From NCBI GenBank assembly GCA_003990765.1, contig RBNJ01000291.1, positions 1 through 33,939 on the forward strand: DNA of 33,939 bases. Reading direction: 5' to 3'. Positions 1-11,504 of the stretch are shown in pieces; the stretch's first letter is position 1; every line of letters begins with the position of its first letter. The notes beneath the pieces were generated by a model. The model ran no database searches and was not told the DNA's origin. It was given only the letters and a program-made list of their open reading frames with translations. Position numbers and translations under genes: made by a program. Origin of the DNA: Jimgerdemannia flammicorona (Eukaryota).

Positions 1-45
1 GATTTCAAAACTCTGGAACCCACTCTTCGCCAGTGTTGCAGTATA

Positions 46-3000
46 CCAATCCCCCTAGGAGAAGATCCCCCCTCCCTGCCCCCAACACCAACCTGATCAA
101 AGACCACTATATCATTTATCACTGCCACCCTCTCTCCACTCTACTTACAGATCCCCTCCATCAGGTGGCAGCATTGTCCACTGTGGGGACCCCACCCAAC
201 CCACCACTCCATCAGTATGTCCCCTATCAACTCCTCCCATCTTAATAGCCACTCCTGCAAACTCATCTATCGCCTCTCCTCAAAAACAAAGAGCCAATGT
301 CCAGCCAGTCCCACCTATATAGCTAAAACTGACCCTACAATAAGCCATTCATTGCCCACTCTCCCCACTAACCTAGTCCACAAATCTTCCTGATGACCCC
401 TCTCTCCATCAGGCCTTCTTTTGATCCCCAGCCTATCTCCTACTGTTAACCAAAAGTTCTCCAGGACCTTACACTCCCCCAGCCAATGTTCAGGCATCTA
501 CACAAACTCCCCAATATGTCTGATATTGTAGCACTCCTCACAATCTAGTACTCCACCTTCCACCAGATGTCCAGAGCAGAAATTCAGCATGATATTCCTC
601 CATAGTACCTGCCACTATACTACTCAGAACTTGGGAGGAAGCCATTTCCTCATCTCAACACTCCATGCCCAGACTTCTGCCTAGTCCTACTCCTCACCAA
701 TCTCCACCACCTGCCAGCCATTAGGCCAAAGATCCTGACCAAGGCTCCATTGATACTCCACACCATCCCCAATATCAAACTCAATAAGTAGAGTATTCCC
801 CAATAACAATCTGTCCCATCTCTACATAGCTGATCTCTATATTATCTCTTCTTTATTGTTTCACCAGCATAAGTCAATGCGATGTGCACCTTCTACCACT
901 CTCCACCAGAAACCTTTATACATACTACAACTGCCAGCTCCCCTCTAGTCCAACCATAGATAGCAAATCTCCTGAGGACCCTCTTGGGGAGAATTTCATC
1001 TTCCACACCTTCTGCATCAGAGGCACTCATCCAGCTCCTTGTAGTTCAACAGCATGCTTCAGCCACCAAGCTCTCAGACAATGCAGCCTCCATGGAAGAT
1101 CCATCAGTCCAAGCCCCCCACAATCCACTGGTAAGAAAAGAGTATCCCAGCTGATCTGGGACCTCCTGCCAGTCCATATTCAGTCCCTAGCCAGCTTAAT
1201 CAATCTCTTCACCATCCAAGCTAGAAAGTCCAAATGATAGGCAATGTACCATAGTTTAGGGAACCAGTAGACATTCAGAATTGACACCCGGTCTACCAGA
1301 GAGATGTGGTGACCCCCTCAATCTCGAAGGGCCTCCCCCCAGATAACCACCCTCCTCTCCCACTACACTCATGGCAAAACAGATCTATATACTGAGAGAA
1401 AGATGCCCAAATACCTTATGGCCTCTCCTGTAAGGACAATTATTCCAATGACATCCCCTCCCACTAGCCCATTCCCCAACACTATTGTCTCACACTTATG
1501 CTAGTTGAGTTTCACTCCAGAATGTACCTCATACCATTCTACTGTCTCCTTAAGTGCTTCAACATCCTCCACTGATCCAAGTCCAACCACCATATCATCT
1601 GCAAAGACTCCCACCTTCCACACCACACCATATACCAAGAGTCTGGTTACCTTCTGATAGATCCTATCTATCAAGAGTTCTAATGACAGGGCATAAAGAA
1701 TAGGGGACAGGGGATCCCCCTGCAGAACTCTCCTCTCTAAGGGAAATGCCATCTCCTAGTGATCATTACACATCAATACTACCCTACTGCCCTCCAACAG
1801 CTTCAATATAGAAGCTTGAAATAGTGTGGGAACACTAAGTCTGTCCAGCACTTTACCCAACCACACCCTCCTCATATGGTCATAAGCTTTCTTCTGGTCC
1901 AAAAAGACCAATCTTCTATTCAATCTACTAGTCCATACCCCTTCAATGATACCATGGACCCAAGCCATCCCATCTTAGATAAGTCTGCCCCCAACAAAGC
2001 CTCACTATTTCTCTCCAAGCACCTGTTGAGCAACCCTTTATAATCTTACTATGATCACCTTAGTAATCATTTTCCTATCCATATTCTGAAGTATGATTGG
2101 CCTCTAGTTCTTCCAGTTCTCTCTCCTTCTCTTGTCCTTATATAACAGGGCCACCAGTCCAAGATCCTATCCTCCAACCCACTCACCCCTTAAAAGAACA
2201 AGATCACAGAGGGCTGCCATCTCTCCCAATACTCTAGGGACCCCTGCCATCTTCTTCCAAAAGTTCTAAGGTAACTCATCCTCTCAAGGAGCTGTCCTAA
2301 GCTTAGTGGCCACAAGGACTTGTTAGACCTCCTCCTCTTGAACTGGTTGGATCAGGTCCCCCAGATCCTCTACCTGGGCTGGCTCCCAATCCTCCAAAGT
2401 ATCCCCAATTGTCACAGCATCAGCACCTCCTTCTTCCTCACTCCACAGACCTCTCTACCACTCCTTCAACTCTCCCAAAATCTGTTGCATCTCATGTACC
2501 AATTCCCCTTCTGCATCCAGAACTCTATCTCAATGATGCCATACTCTTCTTGCCTGGAGGAGCTTTGACAAGAACCTTGTAGGCCTCTCACCCTCCTCCA
2601 GTATCTGCCACTACAGCCTAGCTACCATACCTTTCACACACAACTCCTCCTCCTCTCTTAGTACCTATTGCAACTCCACCACCTCCAATCTAGCACATGT
2701 CAACTACCAATCATCTATTTCTCCAGAGTTAAGTAATTCTGCCCATTCCAACTACAGTCTAACCAACCTATTAGAGACCCACCTCACTCTCCTCCTTCTT
2801 TTCCTCCCAGTCTCCTTACCAGCCCCCCTCCAGTAAACTCTTGCTGCTTCTTTCAATTGCACCTACCAGATACTCACTGATATGTCCTCATGTATCTAAC
2901 TAGAAATTATCTCCTATATGTCTGCCTCTCATGGATCCCATAGTTCCTTCTCAACCAGTAGAGAGGAGTTAAGGTACCAATGTCCAAGTCCACCTCCACT

Positions 3001-3714
3001 CCCCCCAAACTACCTCTGCCCTAATAATCCCCAGTGATCTGACCATGGGTACCACTCCACCTCCAAAGTTCTCCAAACATCTACTCCCCAGCAATTGGCA
3101 GTTAGGATCCAGTCAATCCTCATACCTAGCCCATTCACTCAATATGTATAGACCCTCTGTTCTCCCCACAGCATTCTACCTCTATCTCTTAAGGAGCAAA
3201 GATTCTCTACCTTCTCTCATGCATCCAATCCGCCACTCCTCTCACCAGTACTCCTCCCTCCATCTGTTCTATCCACTGGAGAATTTCACACCATATTGAA
3301 GTCTCCACTCAGAATATCTATACCACCTTCCAAGAGAGCACCCTCCTCTAGAAGATTCCTGATCTATACAATCTACTCACCCTGCTCAGCAGGGCAATAG
3401 CAAGTACCAATCCTCATTGATTCCCACCCAGGTCTATTACATTTCCCCCACATCAGCCAGTCTCCCCAGCTCCTGATTCCATCTAGCTCCTCTTTACCTC
3501 TCCTCACCAGAATTGCCACCTTGTTGATCCAAGCTGCAGCACTACCCCATTTCCTAGTTCACTTGACTTGATCCAAATTGTCCTCACATTGCACATCCTG
3601 TAGCAAAAAGATATCAGCCTCCAGTCTCTTAAGCCAAGAGAAAATGTTCTTGTGCCACCCAGAGCCCTGTAGCCCATTTATATTGAGAGAGAAAATATTG
3701 GTTGTACTGTTCAT
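46..3714 (-). pseudogene. LINE ORF2 (endonuclease / reverse transcriptase), disrupted by many stops
   Basis: Starts MNSTTNIFSLNINGL..WLKRLEADIFLLQD at 3714. GDFN lies at ~3295-3306 and WSDHW at ~3031-3045. RT motifs are NWRPIILQNMDRK (~2080-2120), LDQKKAYD (~1880-1905), QGDPLSP (~1705-1725) and FADD (1594-1605). The C-terminal finger is CEECY..EHWLGEC (~470-545). Many stops are TGA/TAG/TAA at expected CGA/CAG/TGG codons. Confidence 0.88.
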
Positions 3715-3719
3715 TGGGA

Positions 3720-5773
3720 ATAATGTTTTTGAAGACAAGTCTCTGCACTTCCTTTACTACTCCACCTCCATCCTTTCCTGTGCTAGGTCCAAGTTATATT
3801 CTACAGCCTACTCCTCCTCCTCAACTCTCCTCACCTCTATTTCTTTCAGAAGTTCATTCAGTTCCCCCTCCTCCTTTTCCTCAAAATCCTCATAATACTT
3901 CTGGAATACATTCTGCCAGAGCTACAGTCCATGTTGCTCTACCCAATAGTAGACCACTCACTTACCAGCCACCACTGCCAGTTCAGCCCTCCTCTCCTTG
4001 TCAACCTCATACCCTTCCTTCTCTAAGAAAATTGCAAGTACCTCCTCCTTTAGTGCCTCCACCACCCCATCACTATGCAAAACCCTTGTCTAATGCTCCT
4101 CACTCATAACCCTTAGATTCACTTCCCCCAACTCCTCAGCAGCCAAGTTATTCATCATCTGGCACATCCAAAGTAAATTCCCCACCTCTTTTATCCCTGG
4201 CATTGCTGGCTGGCCCCTATCTAGCATTGTCATATCAGTCCCTGTACTTGCAGTCTCATCCCACCCTTTCTCTGAGACATCCACCAGTTCCTCCTCACTT
4301 ACAATTACTACCTATCCCCCCTTCTCCACCTCAGGAACTCCAAATCTCACTTGCTGTGCCCCATACATTAGAATATCTACTGTCTCCTGTCCCCTTGCCA
4401 CAGGGCCCCTTCTGATAAGTAGGGTTGAGGAATCCTCCCATGCCTCTTCCCAGACCTCAAATGTACCATCCTTGTATGGGTCCATGCTCAGTGCTTTCCC
4501 AGTCTCCTCTGGACCCACCTCCCCCCTCTCACCACTTCTGCCAGCCCAAACACTAGCCTTGGCTCCTCCACTCCCCTCACTACCACCAGTAGACTTCTTC
4601 ACCTCTCCCCCTAGTTTCACCAGTAACTCCCTCTGCTGCTTACACCCCTGGGACCTCTTTCACATCTTCTTGTCAACTTAAATCTGCTTCCCATCAATAA
4701 TCTCCAAATGTGTTGCCTCTATGTGAGCTTTCCAAGCCTTAGCCCTCCTCTCCACTGCACCACTCTGCTCTTCCAAAGCCTCCAGCAGATTCTCCTCCTC
4801 CTCCTCCCTCCCCTTCACCCTCAATACCTTACAGGTGAAGGCTCCCTATGTCATTACTGAAGACCAGTCACTCATCTTCCCAGTGGCCTCTCTCCCAGCC
4901 AGCTGGATCCTGACATCAACATCTCCTATCCTGAGAGTTGTCTCCTCCCACATCTGAAATCCAATATCAACTACATCACCATATTCTGCCATCACCTCCT
5001 CAACCCACCTCCTGGTCTCAACTATTATTACTGTCAGAACTCCTTTCACCAGAAGCTAAATCACTCAGGGGTTCCACTACAAGCAGTACAATATAAGAAC
5101 CACCACCTCTCCAATAGCCACTCCTGTCTTCAACACTTCCTCCAATAGGCCTGCCTCCTCAAATCCCACTTCAACCCCCTCCAGTTCCTTCAGGAACCTC
5201 ACTGAGGCAGCTCCAGCCACCTACTTAGAGATAAGCCCCAGAACCATCCTCACTGTCACTACTAAGCCCTGGAAACACAGAGTTATCACAAACTCCAAGA
5301 TCAACTTCTTGAGTAATGGTACCACCACTAGCCCCATCACACCATTAGCCAGGTCCCCCTTCCTCTTTGGGCCCCCTAGCCTGGCCCCTTTATCAGCTGT
5401 TACATCTGGATTTTTTTCCAGATTCCCAGTCATACCACCATCAGCAGTCTCCCCCCTACTCTCAGCTGCTGCTCCTCTGTTCCTTCCACCCACTGGCTGA
5501 GGTACTGCACCTCCTACAACCCCTTTCCTCTGCTTTCCCTTTCCCCCTGCCAGACTGCCACAAGATCCCACAGACCATCCTCCACTCTTCAGCATCTCAG
5601 CAAAGCTCCTTCCCTGCTACTCTCCTGCCTCTCCTCCAGTGTCACTGCTACTTCCTGATCCACCCTGCCTATTTGGACCCCCAAACAATCTCATCTCTAA
5701 TCTATATCCTCACCTGATATTGCCAGTCAAAGGCTCTAGGTCTACCCAACCTAGTATGCATGTCAGCTCACAT
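3720..5773 (-). pseudogene. LINE ORF1 remnant
   Basis: Lies directly upstream of ORF2 on the same strand. Fragments such as VMAEYGDVVDIGFQMWEETTLRIGDVDVRIQL and long G/E/K-rich stretches fit an ORF1. The start codon is uncertain. Confidence 0.5.
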
Positions 5774-8700
5774 GTTGTTTGCTATGATCTTAGTACCTTT
5801 CTCCAATAAACAACTTAAAAGTGAGTTGCAAAAATGTGTGTAATGTAAGTGATAACTGAGAAAGGTGTGTAGCAAGGTGTCCTCAGGTGGTGTCCAGCAA
5901 GGGTCATCCCAGGGAATGAGTTCAGGGACCTCTTCTTCTTCAGGTGCTTCTTGTTTGGGAACTTCTTGGTCAGAAACGTCTTCCTCAGATGATTCTTGTC
6001 CCCAAATTGCTTGTACTTCTGCAGCTTTAGCTGCAGGTATTTCTGGAGCATGTCTGCATTTCTTCTTCTTCTTTCTGCACTCTGGGCAGGCTGTACCAGG
6101 CGAATTCCTTTTCCCAATAATCTTGGAGGAGTGCTTGGGGCACTTGTGTCTCTTGAGATAGGTGGGGCATCCTTTGATTTCTCCTACAATGGCTCCAATG
6201 GTAATGGGGATAGTATTTTTGGCCCATACATTGTCTTCTGGTCTGTCATCTACTAGATTAATTCAGGGATTGAGTCTGAGATCATTTCTATCTTCAGATT
6301 CTTCTTCTTCCTCTATAGTAGACTCTTCACTGCTGGCATATTCTTTCTGGATAGTAACCTTCTTCTTCTTCTTTGATTACTCATAGCTGATCACCTTGAC
6401 TCTATACTTCTTGCCTCAGTAGTCATATATGAGTACTTGTTGACTGAAATCAACAACTGCATTCATTTCCTTTATCCAATTGGTACCAAGGATCATGTCA
6501 TAGGTGACAGCTTCAGTGACAACAGCTTTTGGGATGGAGAACTGAATGTGTCCAAGGGAAATGGTAATGTTTCATACTTCTTCAAGGGGTTGAGTTCAGG
6601 CTCCATCTGCTACTATGATGCTAAGGTTGGATGGTCCATCAATGGGCCATTGGAGGGTATCTAGAAATCATTTGGCAATAACACAGATAGCTGCTCCTGT
6701 GTCTATGAGGATTTTCACTTTTTGTCCTCCAATGTCTCTATGTAAGTAGGTGCTGATATATCTCTCTGTAGCCTGGATAGGTGTGGGGGCTGGCTCTTGC
6801 TGTGGGATGGGAACTTGGCCAGTACTAGATCTGGTGGTTCTTAGCAATTTGTTTCAAACTCCAGCTGGTGTCAGTTGTAGAAACTGCAGAAGGGGGATCT
6901 CTATCTTGGCTTCTTGAATCTTCTGCCAGACTTCATTGTAGATGTCTTTAGACATAGTCTTTAGAGTATACTTCTTCTTAGGCTTTGGTGCAGCAGGTTC
7001 CTGCTCTTCATATTCCATTTCTTCATCTTCTGATGGTAGCTTATTTATCTTAGAGACAAATGGTGAGGGAGTTCAGGGAGGTGTTTCTACCTGCTTCTCC
7101 TCATGTTCTTTGTCTTCTTCTTGGATGATTCTTCTGCTGGTATTCCTAGATGGTCTTTCTACCAATCTCTTCCTTTTTTCTGCTGGGTAGACTGTTTTCC
7201 AGATAGTAACCTTGGTAGAGTACAAGTCTAAGTCACTGTAGTCTTCACTGTTACTTGCTTCTTCAAAATCTTCAACAGGATAGGCTTCAGTCTTCTTGTA
7301 CAGAGTGTCATTCTTTCAGTTTGGTAGTTCTGAGTCCCTTCAGTCACTTCTTTTGTTATCACATTCAGTGGCATAATATCCAAATTATCCATAGTAGAAG
7401 TATTGAACTTGGGCTCTGTCTCAGACAGAGTATCTTCTTTCTTCTTGCTGGTAGTTTCTATTATCTCTTGGTGGATAACCTTGGCTTCTTTGTAGAGGGT
7501 ATCCTCTGTTGTCTTGATAACTCCAATTTTTGCATATGGTGAGTTTTTCAATCTGTCCAACCAATTGTTCCAATTTGGAGCTAAGGTCTTGGATTTCACT
7601 TCTATTTTTCTTTTCTTCTTTGGCTGGCCTTCTTTCTTCAGATCTTTCTTGTCCTTGGAGGAGTCCTTGTAGGGCTTTGACCAGGATATCTTCCTTATCA
7701 TCCTTCTTGTCATGGTCACTCCAGGTAGTCTCTTGTCTGACATCAAAGAATCCTTGGGCTACATTAACTTGCTCTTCAGACCTTCTAATGCCTAGGGTGC
7801 AGATATGCTGGGAAATGTTCAGGGGAATTCCATTCATGAAGGTCATTGGACCTATGATGTTCTGATTGATGGCATTGAACCCAGCAGAATACATTCTCTT
7901 CTGGATTCTTGTGAAGAAGGCTCTGGGTAATTCTCTAAGGTTTATCTTCATTTCCATGATGGATTCTTGAGCTTTGTGGTAAGTTTCATTTTCTGCATAT
8001 TTTTCAATGAGCTAGTGGACCATGGCTACATATTCTAGCTCATAGGATGCTGCTGCTTGTATTTCTCTAGCCAGTTATGAATTTGGATCATTTGCTGTTC
8101 AGTGGAAAATTCCTCTAGCTGGTTCTCTGAGCTGGGCCTTGTAGATAGCAATTTTTCTTTCATCTGAGAGATTCCTCAGAGCTGCAATTCCTTCAATTCT
8201 ATCAAGGAATTCTCTAGAGTCTTCCTCTAGATATCTTGCAAAGATTGGTAATAGGGTGGCCATTTCTTTATCACTTTCTTCTGATTCTGGTTCTGGCCAA
8301 ATTCTGATTCAGATTCCAACTCTGATTCACTTTCTGAACTGTCACTGGAAATGGAGGTGCTTGGGTATCCTGAAGATGGTGTTCTGGACCTTGGATGAAG
8401 TGGAATGAGCCTAGGTATTCTTGTAGGAGCTACTTTCAATTCTTCAGAGGCTGGTGGTAAAGGTTCTATAGATGAGATTGGTGGAACTGGTATGGGGTAT
8501 CTGGCTGTAAGATCTTGGGCTTGTGTGATGAGGTCTTCTAGTTCTTATGCAAGTTCTCCAAGTTGTCCAGTAGGGCCACCTATATTGTCTGGCTGATCTG
8601 GTTGAGAATTTCAGACTGTACTGATTTCTGGTTGGGATCCTTCTGATGCTGGATAGTTGGCAAGTCTTAAGGTAATTACTTCTCTTTCTGTTCAGATGCT

Positions 8701-8807
8701 GGTGTTAACTGGTTCTTCTGTGGTAGCAGAGATTGATGTTATATCAAATGTATTCAGTTTGACTGTGGGTTCTTGTGAGCTGAAAAGTTATATTGATTTT
8801 GAAATCT

Positions 8808-8824
8808 TCCCAGTTGAGTCCCCA
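8808..8824 (-). other. Primer-binding site of copy B, tRNA-Pro-like
   Basis: TGGGGACTCAACTGGGA sits 2 nt after the LTR end. It resembles the canonical tRNA-Pro PBS TGGGGGCTCGTCCGGGA, mostly via transitions. Confidence 0.7.
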
Positions 8825-8826
8825 AA

Positions 8827-10193
8827 TGTAATGTGTCTGGCTCAATAGAGGCAAATTACAAGATTGGGGGTTGATATAGTTTGGCTTGAGCCCCCAGTTA
8901 CTTTGTCAAAAGTAACAAAATATTCTAAGATTCCTGAGGTCTTTAGTGTTTAGTGGTATAATAGTCAAAGCTGGATATTTGCAAGCAATTTGTATATCAA
9001 TTTTCTAATTGGGACAGTTCTCTGAGTATAGCAGTAATTTATAAATAGGTTTCCTTCTTGGGTTAACTGGGAATTGGTAGAATTTCATGTGTAGTACAAG
9101 TAGTTTTCTTCTTGAGTATTAGGCAATTTCTATATAGTACAGCAATCTCCTTATGCATGATGGTCTGGCAATTTAGCAGTTTTCCTTATACAATTTCTGT
9201 GTGATGATCTCTGTGTAGCACGATGATCTCCAAAAGTATGCGATTTCTGTCAGATGACTTGATTTAGATATAGCTTCTCTGAAATGACAGCTTACTAGGA
9301 ATTATACTGACAGTAGATTCTTCTATACCAGGCTCACTGGAAATAATGAATAACTCAGATGATACAGATTCTTCCTGAATTGGCAGGCTCTTCTGGGAAT
9401 ATTGGATAACTCAAAAATGGTAGATGATATAGATTCTCCTGAATTAGCAGACTTCAACTGAGAAATATAACTGGTGGCTTTGGGAAAGGGTCTCTTAGCA
9501 AAGTTGCATCAAAGACTAGCTTTGTTTGCATGAATGGATTCACTGCAAAGTTGCATCAGAAACTGGCTTGAGTAAGGTGGCTTTCTCTTAGGTGGCAGAA
9601 AAGGCAGAAATCTTCAGACTTATCTGGTAAGTGAACTAATAGTGTAGCTTATTCCTTAAGCGGTGGATCTTCAGGCTTAGTCTGGCAAGCATACTAATAA
9701 TTCCAAAGGTGGTGATGTTCTTCACTTGAACTTGGCAGCAAAATCTTCAAGCTTTGTATTGGAAAGTAGACTAAAGTGGAAAAATAAGCTCACAATCTCC
9801 TAGTAGTGGCTGTAGAGTTCCTCTTGAAGTATGATAGGCAGACTTGTCTTTTGCTTCAATTTTGGACTAAGGTTTATTCACTCTTATCTCTGGGGTAATT
9901 TATTCATTGTGGTTGCTATCTAGTTGTTATGTGGCTAACTATAGATTTGCTACTTATGGCAAGTGTACAGGTCTGGCACAGGTGTGCAAGTCTTGTATAG
10001 GTGTACAGGTCTTGCACAGGTATGCAGGTCTTGCATAGATATATCTTATCTAGTAGTCTAGCTATTTATACAGTTTTCTACAGCAATGGTTGCTGGTTAC
10101 TATGCTATGTATTCACATCATCTGGCTAAGTTACTAATTGTTTATGTCATCTGGCTAAATTATAATTTGGGTGGTACATTTTAGTTTGTCACA
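8827..10193 (-). repeat. 5' LTR of Gypsy copy B (~1.37 kb)
   Basis: On the minus strand it begins TGTGACA (10193) and ends ..CATTACA (8827), followed by the PBS. It is homologous to 14861-15889, 24153-26454 and 28724-29911. Confidence 0.88.
9963..10038. repeat. Tandem repeat, 4 x 19 bp, inside the copy B LTR
   Basis: gtgtacaggtctggcacag / gtgtgcaagtcttgtatag / gtgtacaggtcttgcacag / gtatgcaggtcttgcatag. Confidence 0.9.
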
Positions 10194-11470
10194 ATACTTA
10201 CTGGATGCTGAAGTTGTGGTATCTGGTATATCATCTGGACTTCCTGGCCTGGGTGGTGAAGAGACTGCTGAAACTGGCCAAGGAATGGATCTGGACAGAG
10301 AGGAGGAGTCAGATTAGCTGGGAAATTTTGTCCCTACTGGTGACTAGAGGGAAACTTAGGCTGGTTGACTTCCTGAAGAGGTTGTACTGCCTGAGAGCAT
10401 GGTGGCTGAAGAGAGCTGTTGAGCTGGGGGGTGGTAGCTGGGTTTCTTTATTGAAGAAGGTCTGGGAAATGAGGTCCTTACCAAGAGGATCTACAGGAGA
10501 TCTTCTATCCTTGGTTGGGCTTTAGAACAATGAGTGCATGCAGTTTAAGGGCTTCTGGTGGGGAGTCACTGATGGGGCACACCATATCAGCATTCATTGG
10601 CAGAGAGATAAGAGAGGAAGGCCTTGGGGTCCAGTGATGTAGAGATGGGACTGAGTGTTGCTGGGGGGCATCTCTTTTGGTAACTTTGATATTAGTAATA
10701 GAGTTGAGTGCCAGAGGGGGTTGGGGCAGGATCTGTGGCCCAATATATAGCAGTTGGTGGATGTTGGTAAAGAGTGGGACTGGAACAGGATCTGGAACTA
10801 GAGTGCTGAGGTTCAGCAGTGACTACTATTAAAGTATTAGTTGGTCTAGTGATGCATGTTGAGGAGGAATATCATGCTCAACTTTTATACTGGCCACCTG
10901 GTAGAAGGGAGAACCTTTGACTGTGAGAAATACTATAATGTTAGACAGGAAGGGGGTTTTGTACAGATGCCTGAATATTGGATAGAGGAGTGCAAGGTGC
11001 TTAGTGACTTCTGGATAGTAGTTGGGAAGAGGTTAGGTATCATGTAGAGGGGAGATAGAGTGAGGGGTTGGTGAGAGGATCTGCAGAATAGATTGGTGGG
11101 AGGGGTTGGGAGAGAGTGGCTTACTTTAGAGTGGGTGCTGGCTGTATGAGTAGGGTTGGCAGAACACTGGCTATATGTGTTTGAGGATGGGAGACATCTG
11201 GGCTTAGAGGCATAGCTGTTGTAATAGAAAGGACTGATGGAGAATACTCTGATGGGTTGGTGGCATGAGTGGGTTGGCAGTATTATTTGGTAGAGAAGAT
11301 ATGTAGACAGAGTGAGAGGAGGGTTGGGTTCATGAGAGACAGAGTGATTTTCAAGCATAAAGGAGTGGGAGGAGGGGGGGGGGTTCCTCTATAGAGATTG
11401 GATAGTGGGGGGAGATAATGTAAATTTATGTATAGACTAGTAATAAATGATGAAGTCTGAGTAACTATAA

Positions 11471-11474
<4 letters not shown>
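10194..11474 (+). mobile_element. 3' fragment of an L1-like LINE (post-RT region, zinc finger, G-rich 3' end, short poly(A))
   Basis: YWMLKLWYLVYHLDF.. and RRNIMLNFYTGHLVEG..DCEKYY..EYWIEEC match the minus-strand LINE ORF2. AATAAA lies at 11442 and A6 at 11469-11474. The 5' side abuts the copy B LTR. Confidence 0.88.

Positions 11475-11500
<26 letters not shown>
11475..11500. repeat. (TA)13 microsatellite
   Basis: Read directly; follows the LINE poly(A). Confidence 0.95.

Positions 11501-11501
<1 letters not shown>

Positions 11502-11504
<3 letters not shown>

Larger units (their letters stand above)
46..5877 (-). mobile_element. Near full-length, decayed L1-like non-LTR retrotransposon (LINE): 5' UTR, ORF1 and ORF2 (APE endonuclease-RT-zinc finger)
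   Basis: Minus-strand translation gives APE motifs, L1-type RT motifs and a C-terminal Cys/His finger. Its 3' part is homologous to 10194-11474, 22305-23006 and 33625-33939. The right boundary is where similarity to Gypsy copy A begins (5878). The left boundary is approximate, since bases 1-45 do not match the other copies' 3' ends. Confidence 0.9.
5878..10193 (-). mobile_element. Ty3/Gypsy LTR retrotransposon copy B, 5' half (LTR, PBS, gag, protease, start of spacer), truncated at the LINE junction
   Basis: The reverse complement is colinear with 14861-18822 of copy A. It has gag MAT.LPIFARYLEED, a decayed zinc knuckle, protease ILIDTGAAI (~6685-6715) and CPT.LKRHKCPKH..CPEC (~6077-6170). 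Confidence 0.92.

Noticed and set aside
1..45. Possible LTR end plus PBS on the minus strand (..tgcaaca c TGGCGAAGAG) of another element
   Set aside because: Too short and at the window edge; it needs flanking sequence.
33..5717. Many Pro/Ser/Leu-rich plus-strand ORFs
   Set aside because: Antisense readings of the G/A-rich LINE sense strand.
9963..10038. Short regular repeats as a CRISPR-like array (also 15555-15645 and 29700-29795)
   Set aside because: The units are contiguous with no unique spacers, lie inside LTRs, and no cas genes are present.
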